Assembly: GCA_037446635.1 (NCBI GenBank)
Contig: JBBIIG010000084.1
Span: 1 to 15,780, forward strand
Length of the DNA: 15,780 nucleotides
Direction of reading: 5' to 3'
Source: a bacterium
GTDB lineage: Bacteria > Zhuqueibacterota > Zhuqueibacteria > Oceanimicrobiales > Oceanimicrobiaceae
Position 1 is the stretch's first letter. Each line of letters opens with the position of its first letter. Under the pieces are notes generated by a model. That model saw nothing but the letters and a program-made list of their open reading frames with translations. It was not told the origin of the DNA and searched no databases. Positions 1 through 7,194 of this stretch are shown in pieces. The translations under genes were made by a program, and so were the position numbers.

Positions 1-827
1 ACCCACTCGAAATTGGCCTTCTGGAAATCGTACAGCAGCTCGTCATCGTGGGCGAGGTTGAGGCTGGCTTCGGTGCCGAAGTGGAAACGATAATCGTGGC
101 GCTGCTGGTAGTCTTTTAAAAAAACCATCAGCTCTTTGGCGAGGCGCTTGTTGCCGATCAAATTGTCGTCCACAAAAAAGGCGCTTTTCACATTCAGCCG
201 GCGCAGCACGTCCAACTCCGCGCCGATTTGTGTCATCGATTTCGTGCGCGGCTTGCGGCCAAACATCACGATGATGTCGCAGAACTCGCATTGAAACGGA
301 CAGCCGCGGGAAAACTGCAAGCTCACGGACTGGTACTTGTCCAACTTCAGCAGGTCAAAACGCGGCGCCGGCGAGTCGGTGAGCGCCACGGTGCCGGTTT
401 CGGAGTACAAGCGTTTCGGCCTCCCCATTTCGAAATCGCGGCAGAACTCCGGCCAGATGTATTCCGCTTCGCCGGCCACCACCACGTCGGCCAGGGTTTC
501 ATAGACTTCGGGACACAACGAGGCGTAGCTGCCGCCCGCCGCCACAAAATATCCTTGCTGGCGATAAAAATTCAACAATTCCCGCTGGCGATGGAATTGT
601 ACCCCCATGCCGCAAACGCCAATGAGATCCGCGCGCGGCTGCAGCGGAACGGTCTCGATGTTTTCATCGATGATTTCCACCTCCCACTCCGGCGGACAGA
701 GGGCGGCCAGCGTCGCCAGACCCAGCGGCGGATTGACGGTGCGTTTATTGGGCAGCACGGTTTCGACAGCCCATTTGAAGCTCCAGAAGCTTTCCGGAAA
801 CTTAGGGTTGATCAAAAGTAATCTCAT
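1..827 (-). CDS. B12-binding domain radical SAM protein (DUF4070/HpnP-like class B family), 3' end runs off the window
   Basis: Hand translation from the ATG at 827 (RBS GAGGAAA at 834-840): MRLLLINPKFPESFWSFKWAVETVLPNKRTVNPPLGLATLAAL...AAGGSYASLCPE...VAGEAE...QFSRGCPFQCEFCDIIVMFGRKPR...FFVDDNLIGN...FGTEASLNLA. It has a cobalamin-binding N-terminal domain and a CxxxCxxC motif. Absent from the ORF track because there is no stop codon in the window. Confidence 0.93.
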   Translation of the reverse strand, partial: MRLLLINPKFPESFWSFKWAVETVLPNKRTVNPPLGLATLAALCPPEWEVEIIDENIETVPLQPRADLIGVCGMGVQFHRQRELLNFYRQQGYFVAAGGSYASLCPEVYETLADVVVAGEAEYIWPEFCRDFEMGRPKRLYSETGTVALTDSPAPRFDLLKLDKYQSVSLQFSRGCPFQCEFCDIIVMFGRKPRTKSMTQIGAELDVLRRLNVKSAFFVDDNLIGNKRLAKELMVFLKDYQQRHDYRFHFGTEASLNLAHDDELLYDFQKANFEW

Positions 828-871
828 TGTTGATTTCCTCTCTTATAAAAAATGAAGTTGAAAATTGCAGG

Positions 872-1240
872 CTATAATTGATGCTGAACGATCACAAATT
901 CTCGCACCGGCTGCCCGCCGATCAAATGCTCCTGAATGATGCGCTCCAAAACTTCCGGGGTGCACGAGTGATACCAGATGCCCTCGGGATACACCACGGC
1001 CGTCGGGCCGTTCTGGCAAATGCGCAAACAGTTGGCTTTGGTGCGATAGACGCCGCCCTCGCCGCTCAGTCCCAATTCATCCAACCGCCGTTTGAGATAC
1101 TCCCACGATTCGAGACTCGCTTCCTTTTCCGAGCACTTGGGCTTGGTTTGATCGCAGCACAAAAAAATGTGGCGCTTGATTTTTTTGATGGCCAGTTTTT
1201 CGGCCTTTGCTTGCAGCGCATCCGGCATCGATGGGATCAT
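872..1240 (-). CDS. Thioredoxin-like [2Fe-2S] ferredoxin
   Basis: [14 protein letters not shown]...[44 protein letters not shown] is the typical TRX-fold ferredoxin pattern. The start could instead be the ATG at 1228. Confidence 0.92.
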   Translation of the reverse strand: MIPSMPDALQAKAEKLAIKKIKRHIFLCCDQTKPKCSEKEASLESWEYLKRRLDELGLSGEGGVYRTKANCLRICQNGPTAVVYPEGIWYHSCTPEVLERIIQEHLIGGQPVREFVIVQHQL

Positions 1241-1420
1241 TGAAATGGAAATAGGTTATGATAAACAAAATAGAACAAAATGCAAAGGGAAATTTCCACA
1301 CCTGTGGTTTTTCTTCACAGGAGATTTTGGTTTGAAAGGCTTGTTTTGTAGCTGTTGAGCTCGCATATTTTGTTGGTACGGGGTTTGTTTGAGTGATAAC
1401 AAACTAACCGAGGTGCGAAC

Positions 1421-2032
1421 ATGCGAAAGAATCTACTGAGGGTTTTGGTGATATCGAACGTGATTTTACTTTTGTGTTTTGAATTATGGGCGCAGGGGCA
1501 GCCATCGCAACCACCGCCATCGCGCTTTTCTCACAAGGGCATCAAAGGGGCGATCGGCGTGGGCGCGTTTGAAAATTACTTTGGCCAAAAATTTGACGAC
1601 GGCGGCGCCGGTCTGCTGAGCCTCGGCTTCGGCTTCGACGATCACTTCACGTTGTGGCTGACGGCGCTTGGCGCCGAGCATCCCCGCACCGAGACGCACG
1701 AGAAATCGAATTTCGGCGGGCTGGAGCTAAACCTGCAATACCGCTTTTTGCCGCAATCTCGAATTCAACCCTTCGGCAAAGTCGGCGTTGGTGTTTATGG
1801 ATTCGAAGAAGACGAAAGCAACACCACCTTCACGGGCTCGGGCTTTGCGTTGGGATTGGGGGTGGACTGGTTTTTCTCCCGCCATTTCGGACTCGGCGCG
1901 GAAGTGATGTTCAAAGAACTCGATTACTCAAAAATGACCGAGCAAGTTAGCGGCCGCGATATCACCACAGACTTAAAACCGCAGCGCGATGGCGACGTCG
2001 TGGGGGTGATCATCTCGCTGACGATTCAGTGA
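1421..2032 (+). CDS. Outer-membrane beta-barrel protein (OmpA-like transmembrane/porin family)
   Basis: RBS GAGGT, N-terminal signal peptide, alternating Gly/aromatic beta-strands (LQYRF, PFGKVGVGVY, FALGLGVDWFF, FGLGAEVMF). Confidence 0.85.
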   Translation: MRKNLLRVLVISNVILLLCFELWAQGQPSQPPPSRFSHKGIKGAIGVGAFENYFGQKFDDGGAGLLSLGFGFDDHFTLWLTALGAEHPRTETHEKSNFGGLELNLQYRFLPQSRIQPFGKVGVGVYGFEEDESNTTFTGSGFALGLGVDWFFSRHFGLGAEVMFKELDYSKMTEQVSGRDITTDLKPQRDGDVVGVIISLTIQ

Positions 2033-2042
2033 TCTTCAAACT

Positions 2043-2085
2043 CTCACACAAAGACGCAAAGTCGCGAAGCGCAGACAGGTCTGCG
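2043..2085. repeat. Degenerate half-copy of a CGCAAAG-type palindromic repeat plus a small hairpin between convergent genes
   Basis: CACACAAAGACGCAAAGTCGCGAAG resembles the left arm of the 8766-8857 element. CGCAGA-CAGG-TCTGCG forms a hairpin at 2070-2085. Confidence 0.5.
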
Positions 2086-2102
2086 TTAAGAGTTACGACC
2101 AA

Positions 2103-2483
2103 CTATTTGAACCGCTGTCGCACCGGCCAAATAAATATCATGAGCAAGCCATACGACAGCGGAATGCGCAGCGTCTTGAAAGTGGGGCCGAGAAAATAGA
2201 TCTCTAAAACCAAAACCACGATCACGAGAATCGAAATCAGCGCGATCCCCCATTTTTTCCACTGCCAAATGGCTGCACAAGCGAGGATGCCGGCGCCGGC
2301 GCAGCCCGCCAGCGCCGCCAAAGCCGGCGGGGTGAGACGCGGGAACTGCGCTAAAAAATCTTGCCAGCGCAGCACCACGGTCGCAGCGCCAAACGCGTTG
2401 AGGATCATGAGCAAAGCGAGAATGATAGCCAACCCCAGCGGCCGGCCGGGGTTGCTTGAATTCGTTGAAGTGCTTGCAGTCAT
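2103..2483 (-). CDS. Hypothetical membrane protein (about 4 TM helices)
   Basis: The ATG at 2483 overlaps the upstream stop (ATGA). 126 aa with four hydrophobic segments. Confidence 0.75.
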   Translation of the reverse strand: MTASTSTNSSNPGRPLGLAIILALLMILNAFGAATVVLRWQDFLAQFPRLTPPALAALAGCAGAGILACAAIWQWKKWGIALISILVIVVLVLEIYFLGPTFKTLRIPLSYGLLMIFIWPVRQRFK

Positions 2484-3856
2484 CGGTTGATTTCCAATGT
2501 TTCTGCATCCGTCAACCCAAAATATTTGATCTTCTTGTGCAGATTGGTGCGGTCGATGTCCAACTCCTTCGCCGCCTGACTGATGTTCCACTTCGTGCGT
2601 TTTAAAACCGCGAGAATGTACTCCCGCTCCACGCTGTTTTTCATTTCTCTCAACGTCATCCCCACTTCGATTTTGAGGGCTGTCTGCGCCGTTGGGTGCT
2701 GAATGTTCGCGGGTAGATCATCGGCGTCAATGGTATCGCCGCTGGCCATGATCATCAGCCGCTCGATCACATTTTTCAATTCGCGAATGTTGCCGGGCCA
2801 ATCGTAGGCGCGCAGGGCCTCCAGCGCCGCGGGCGTCAATTGCTTACGGCGGTAGCCGTTTTCGCGGCTGAAGCTGTCAATGAAATGCTCGATGAGCAGA
2901 GGAAGATCGTCTTTGCGCCGGCGCAGCGGCGGCGCCGTGATGGGCACCACGTTCAAACGAAACAGCAGGTCTTCGCGGAAGCGGCCTTCCTTCACTTCCC
3001 TTTCGAGGTCTTTGTTGGTGGCGGCCAGCACCCGCACATCGACTTTCTCGGTTTTATGTCCACCGACTTTTTCGAATTCACCCTCCTGCAGCACTCGCAG
3101 CACTTTGGCCTGCACTTTCAAACTCATGTCGCCCACTTCGTCTAAAAACAACGTGCCGCCGTCGGCGAGGGTGAACTTGCCGTCGCGGGTTTGATGCGCG
3201 CCGGTGTAGGCGCCCTTTTCGCTGCCAAACAGCTCGCTCTCGATCAGCTCCTCCGGAATCGCCGCGCAGTTGACTTTGATGAACGGCCCGTTTTTGCGCG
3301 GGCTGTTTTCGTGAATAGCGCGCGCGATCAATTCTTTGCCGGCGCCACTTTCGCCAAAAATCAGCACCCGGCCGTTGGTGGGCGCCACTTTAGCGATTTG
3401 CTCCCGCACCTCTTTCATCGCGCGGCTGGCGCCGATCATTTCGTACTTGCCGGCGACCTGCTGCCGCAGCTCTAAATTTTCCCGCTGCAGCCGGCGATTC
3501 TTCAACGCATTCTCGATGGCGATCAGCAGCTTCTCTTTGGAGATGGGCTTTTCGATGAAATCGTACGCGCCCTCTTTGACCGCGGCCACGGCGTTTTGCA
3601 CGGTGGCCTGGCCGGAGATCATAATCACGGTCACATCCGGATAATCCGCATGAATTTTTTTGAGAAGCTGCAGGCCGTCGGTTTTGGGCATGATGATGTC
3701 CAGCAGCGCCAGATCGATCATGCCGGCCTCGAGATGTTTCAGCGCTTCGTCGCTCTCCGCTGCGGTTTTGACGGCGTACCCTTCGCCGCTGCAAATCATC
3801 TCCAGCGAGCGGCGGATGTTTTTTTCGTCGTCAACGATCAGGATGGTAACGGCCAT
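2480..3856 (-). CDS. Sigma-54-dependent response regulator (NtrC/NtrX/AtoC family: REC-AAA+-Fis HTH)
   Basis: REC domain (IVDDE, LLDIIMP, ISG, EKP), Walker A GESGAGKE, ESELFGSEKGAYTGA, Walker B LFLDEVG, FREDLLFRLNV, WPGNIREL, HTH NISQAAKELDIDRTNLHKKIK. Confidence 0.96.
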   Translation of the reverse strand: MAVTILIVDDEKNIRRSLEMICSGEGYAVKTAAESDEALKHLEAGMIDLALLDIIMPKTDGLQLLKKIHADYPDVTVIMISGQATVQNAVAAVKEGAYDFIEKPISKEKLLIAIENALKNRRLQRENLELRQQVAGKYEMIGASRAMKEVREQIAKVAPTNGRVLIFGESGAGKELIARAIHENSPRKNGPFIKVNCAAIPEELIESELFGSEKGAYTGAHQTRDGKFTLADGGTLFLDEVGDMSLKVQAKVLRVLQEGEFEKVGGHKTEKVDVRVLAATNKDLEREVKEGRFREDLLFRLNVVPITAPPLRRRKDDLPLLIEHFIDSFSRENGYRRKQLTPAALEALRAYDWPGNIRELKNVIERLMIMASGDTIDADDLPANIQHPTAQTALKIEVGMTLREMKNSVEREYILAVLKRTKWNISQAAKELDIDRTNLHKKIKYFGLTDAETLEINR

Positions 3857-3862
3857 TTTGGG

Positions 3863-4750
3863 TCAGGATTTTCGGTCCGAGTCAGCAGCAAAAGCGGCGC
3901 GGAGGTTTTCGGTAAAATCATCGTCCCAGCGCGCTTTGACTTTGCCGTCATTCAGCCAGTAAATGCGCGGCGGGCTGTCGCCGATGAGATCGAAAAACTC
4001 GGCCTCTGATATCAAATGATAAGGATAGCTGACGCCGGTGATTTCCCAAAAAATAGAAATCATCGCTTCGTTTTCGCTGAAAAGCAGCACATAGATTTCC
4101 GGCAGCAAGACGTGTTGTTCCGCCAGCGCGCGCAGCTCCTTTGCGGTTTGCTGACAATGCTCGCACTCCGCGTTGAACACGGCAAGCAGTTTTTCGCCGC
4201 TGGTGAGATCGACGCGGCCGGCGCCCTCAAATTGGGTGTAGTTTACGAAGACGCCGTCGTAGTTGCGGCGAACCGGCGCCAGCAGCATCACCGCCGCCAG
4301 CGAGCCCACGGCCAAAATCGCCGGCGCAGCGAAATGGCGTTTTTCCTCGCGCGTCGTTTTTAAAAGCCAAAGGCTCAAGCCCAGTAGGAAAATATTTTTT
4401 GCCAATGATTCGGCGGATGACATGGGCAATAATTCGCCAAAGCAGCCGCAGTCGGGGGTCGACTCGCCAAAGAGCAATTGATAGCCCTGCAAAATGCTGA
4501 ACGCCGCCAACGTCGCGATGGCCAGCGGCAGCACCAGGCGCTTGAGGAAAAACGGCAGGAACAAAGCCGCGCCCAAAAACAGCTCGAAGGCGATGAGCAG
4601 CCGCGCCGGATACGCCGCTTGTTCGCGCGTGGCAGCCAGGCCTTGCTCGACGATGGCGATTTCAAACAGTCCCACCCCTAACAACTTCGAGACGGCGGAG
4701 AAGACGAACACGCCGCCCAATAGAAATCGTAACAGCAGCGATATTTTCAT
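3863..4750 (-). CDS. MauE/DoxX-family membrane protein fused to a C-terminal thioredoxin-like (CxxC) domain
   Basis: LRFLLGGVFVFSAVSKL, ELFLGAAL and DCGCFG are MauE signatures, followed by FNAECEHCQ and SPPRIYWLNDGKV. The start was placed at ATG 4750 (the ORF track start is 4786). Confidence 0.85.
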   Translation of the reverse strand: MKISLLLRFLLGGVFVFSAVSKLLGVGLFEIAIVEQGLAATREQAAYPARLLIAFELFLGAALFLPFFLKRLVLPLAIATLAAFSILQGYQLLFGESTPDCGCFGELLPMSSAESLAKNIFLLGLSLWLLKTTREEKRHFAAPAILAVGSLAAVMLLAPVRRNYDGVFVNYTQFEGAGRVDLTSGEKLLAVFNAECEHCQQTAKELRALAEQHVLLPEIYVLLFSENEAMISIFWEITGVSYPYHLISEAEFFDLIGDSPPRIYWLNDGKVKARWDDDFTENLRAAFAADSDRKS

Positions 4751-4983
4751 AACAGCAGAAATGGCTCCCACATTTATTGCGGCCACGAGGATATTTTATC
4801 CTTTGCTAAATCCCCCGCCGACGACCCAACGATTTGACTTTCTGCCCAAAATTCTTCCCTTTTGCTCCAACCGGTTGGATTGAATGGAGACGATTGTGTT
4901 GCAGCAAAGATAATCGGCTGAAAGGTAAAAATCAACTGGCAATATTTTTGGAGGAAAGCGGAGAACTCTTTTAAATCACAGCC

Positions 4984-5080
4984 AATTCGATATTCGACAT
5001 TCATTATTCCTTTGTTCTAAAATTTATTATGCAACCCCTTTTTAAGGAATGTCGAATATCTAACTAACAAGGAATTTCGA
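4984..5080. repeat. Heptamer-based inverted repeat element (ATTCGA-type)
   Basis: Tandem heptamers AATTCGA-TATTCGA-CATTCAT-TATTCCT. Perfect 14-bp inverted repeat GATATTCGACATTC (4989-5002) / GAATGTCGAATATC (5047-5060). Confidence 0.7.
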
Positions 5081-5090
5081 ATCATGAAGT

Positions 5091-5128
5091 TTTAAATAAA
5101 CAAGGCCCGAGTCGGACGACTCGGGCCT
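5091..5128 (-). terminator. Rho-independent terminator of the beta-barrel operon
   Basis: AGGCCCGAGTCG (5103-5114) / CGACTCGGGCCT (5117-5128) is a perfect GC-rich stem, followed on the minus strand by TGTTTATTT. Confidence 0.75.
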
Positions 5129-5185
5129 CTGGCTCAATTAAAAGGAGGGAAGATAAGAGGGAAGCTCTCTCGGAATTTCGATCAG

Positions 5186-5213
5186 GTAGGGGCGTATAGC
5201 AATACGCCCCTAC
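5186..5213. repeat. GTAG-type REP-like palindrome
   Basis: GTAGGGGCGTAT-AGCA-ATACGCCCCTAC is a 12-bp perfect stem with GTAG/CTAC ends, 2 nt after a stop codon. Confidence 0.8.
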
Positions 5214-5215
5214 GT

Positions 5216-5755
5216 TCATTGCAAAAAGAACGAGATGCCGGCGGCGAATTCGATGTTGTTATTCGTCCACGAGGTCCTGCCGCGACCGCTGGTGAAAATG
5301 TGATCGTTGATTTCGAGTCGAACGGACGTGCGCGCGCCGATGGGAAACTTGAAGCCCATCCCCGGACTGATAGTGATATTCGATTCCGAGTGCTGGCGGG
5401 TGACGCCGAGCCCCAACGTCCCGTACGGCGCGACGCCGCGATACGGGAACGTACGCGTCACGCGGCCGCTGTAAAAAATCACGGTGGAGCTGCCCGGCTC
5501 CGGCGCCGCGCCCAGCGCTTTCTGAAAAAAATTCTGCCCCGCTTTGGCAAAGCCGAGGGTCGCGCCCAGCGACAGCCGCCCATCAACGTGGTGTTCGTAG
5601 CGCACGCCAATGACGATGGAATTTTGAAAGCGATCGGCGGCGTACAAACCCACGAACGGAAACAATTCATGCACCCGCGAAACGGGCTGCGCGGCCAATG
5701 GCAACGCAATCAAAAACGCGTTTATCAAAATTGCGGACAAAATTGTCTTATCCAA
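5216..5755 (-). CDS. Small outer-membrane beta-barrel protein
   Basis: TTG start with GGAGG RBS (5762-5766), signal peptide ending LAA-Q, strands HELFPFVGLY, PYGTLGLGVT, SPGMGFKF, VRLEINDHIF and C-terminal NNIEFAAGISFF. Confidence 0.85.
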   Translation of the reverse strand: MDKTILSAILINAFLIALPLAAQPVSRVHELFPFVGLYAADRFQNSIVIGVRYEHHVDGRLSLGATLGFAKAGQNFFQKALGAAPEPGSSTVIFYSGRVTRTFPYRGVAPYGTLGLGVTRQHSESNITISPGMGFKFPIGARTSVRLEINDHIFTSGRGRTSWTNNNIEFAAGISFFLQ

Positions 5756-5831
5756 CTGACGCCTCCAACACGATCAATTATGAATTTTTCGACAGGTATT
5801 ATTTGCGGCTGTCCCAAAAGCCAACCTCTCC

Positions 5832-5888
5832 TGCCATGCCCGAATGCTTTTGTCGGGCATCCAGTGAAGATCCCCGCTAAAGGCATTA
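5832..5888. repeat. Degenerate GTCAT..CCCG-type palindromic repeat (RPE/dRS3-like layout)
   Basis: TGCCATGCCCGA-ATGCTTTTG-TCGGGCATCCAG (8-bp stem 5836-5843/5853-5860), then a truncated second arm GATCCCCGCTAAAGGCAT. Confidence 0.55.
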
Positions 5889-5911
5889 CCTTTAGATGGG
5901 TGGAAACTTGC

Positions 5912-6769
5912 TTACTTCCAAAACCGGCCCACCAAAATGCCGGCGCTGAACTCACGATAATTCGCCACGCCGTTGCCGACAAACGCGGTATAGTGGTTGA
6001 CGTTGACGACCAGCGACAAATTTTCTTTTAACAACCGGCGCGCGCCGACGCCAACGTTCACGGCTATATTGGAGGCGCCATCCGACCCCACGCTGCGCGC
6101 CGGCGCCGTTTTGATCGCGCCCGCGCCGCCGGTGAGGTACGGCCGCAATTTTCCTTTCTCTTTAAGCAGATATGAAACATTTGCCGCGATGAAATACGAG
6201 TCAGCGGCGTCGCCCAGCGCGTGTCGAAACGACCCCTCCAGCGCCAGCCGCTGCGAGGAGTGAAAAACAAATTTCCAGTTGTAGGTGAACTCCAGCTCAA
6301 TGACGCCCAATCCGAATGAGTAGCCAAAACGGCTGTGCGTTTTATTTCTGCTCCGCGGTTGCTCCGGCGGTTTTCGCAGGCTGTCTGGCTGCTCTTCGCT
6401 GTGGCCATTGGTTAGCTTTTTATGAAAACCGTTGCTGGCTTCCGGGGCGCTGCTTTTGGAATTTGATGATGTTTGCGAGTTGCCATTTGCCGCTGCAGAT
6501 TTTTCAACGTGCAATTTCATCCACCCTTTCTGGCCATCGTGAAAAGCGATTTTCACCCACTCTCCCCGTTGGCCGATCACCCGCACGGTGTCGCCTTTTG
6601 CCAGCGTGTCGCTCGGCTGGATATCTTCCATCGGCAGCGCATAAACTTTGACGCCATCGACCGCGATGAGCGCCCGCTGCGCCAGGGCGTCGGCGGCGCC
6701 GCCAGCCTGTATGCCGGTCAGAGCGGCGATCGCCATCATCCACTTAAGGGAGAGTAATCTGCATTTCAT
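5912..6769 (-). CDS. Exported protein: SH3b-like domain, low-complexity linker, C-terminal outer-membrane beta-barrel
   Basis: Signal peptide from MKCRLLS (ATG 6769) to ADALA-Q. LAKGDTVRVIGQRGEWVKIAFHDGQKGWM is SH3_3-like. Ser/Asn-rich linker. Barrel strands include PYLTGGAGAI, AVNVGVGAR and EFSAGILVGRF. Confidence 0.85.
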   Translation of the reverse strand: MKCRLLSLKWMMAIAALTGIQAGGAADALAQRALIAVDGVKVYALPMEDIQPSDTLAKGDTVRVIGQRGEWVKIAFHDGQKGWMKLHVEKSAAANGNSQTSSNSKSSAPEASNGFHKKLTNGHSEEQPDSLRKPPEQPRSRNKTHSRFGYSFGLGVIELEFTYNWKFVFHSSQRLALEGSFRHALGDAADSYFIAANVSYLLKEKGKLRPYLTGGAGAIKTAPARSVGSDGASNIAVNVGVGARRLLKENLSLVVNVNHYTAFVGNGVANYREFSAGILVGRFWK

Positions 6770-7085
6770 TCTAAAGCAGCCAGCGCTGGGGATGAATTTA
6801 AAGTTGACAAAATGTTTGATAACATAGACGCGCGTCTCCAATTTCGAAACCGCCGTTGTGATCTGTTGAGCAGGGCTGAATGCGAAGGCCAGGTTAAGCT
6901 GAAGAAAGTTCGTGGCGCCGTGTCCTACGCCTAACCCAATAGAGGGGCATGTTTCAAATGCGGCCGCCAAATTTCCAGATGCGTCCGGCGGCGAGTCCCC
7001 AAATAGCTTGTCTTTTTGTTTGTAATTTTCCCTTCTATTGCAGATATTAATTTTCAATTTTTGGATTGATTTCGGTGCGACATCA

Positions 7086-7101
7086 AGCAAGGCGTATGCC
7101 A
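7086..7101 (-). promoter_or_regulatory. Putative sigma-54 (-24/-12) promoter
   Basis: The minus strand reads TGGCATACGCCTTGCT, matching TGGCAYR-N4-TTGCW with exact GG-N10-GC spacing. It lies in a divergent intergenic region facing the SH3/beta-barrel genes. Confidence 0.65.
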
Positions 7102-7194
7102 TTCACCTGGCAAGTTCATTTTCCTCAAACCGCGAAGGCGGAAGAAGCTGATTCATGACAACCTGTGGATAATTTTTGAGCAATTGATTGAATA

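Noticed and set aside
228..821. 197-aa plus-strand ORF
   Set aside because: Antisense shadow of the B12-radical SAM gene, which has clear motifs and an RBS on the minus strand.
2484..2591. Extended start of the membrane-protein ORF
   Set aside because: It overlaps the response regulator's HTH. The ATGA overlap at 2480-2483 gives a better start.
2480..3856. Response regulator as RtcR for rtcA
   Set aside because: It has an N-terminal REC domain rather than the CARF domain of RtcR, and no -24/-12 motif was found directly before rtcA.
4937..4952. TGGCAATATTTTTGGA as a sigma-54 promoter on the plus strand
   Set aside because: The -12 GC is replaced by GG, and there is no plus-strand gene downstream.
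4774..5004. 76-aa minus-strand ORF
   Set aside because: It starts inside the heptamer repeat, has no recognisable domain or RBS, and is likely intergenic.
5219..6031. 270-aa plus-strand ORF and similar long antisense ORFs (e.g. 13225-13902, 9409-9972, 14876-15373)
   Set aside because: They lie opposite well-supported genes, are typical GC-rich antisense frames and carry no motifs.
6770..7102. 111-codon N-terminal extension of the SH3-barrel ORF
   Set aside because: A signal peptide begins at ATG 6769, the extension looks non-coding, and its ATG overlaps the sigma-54 motif.
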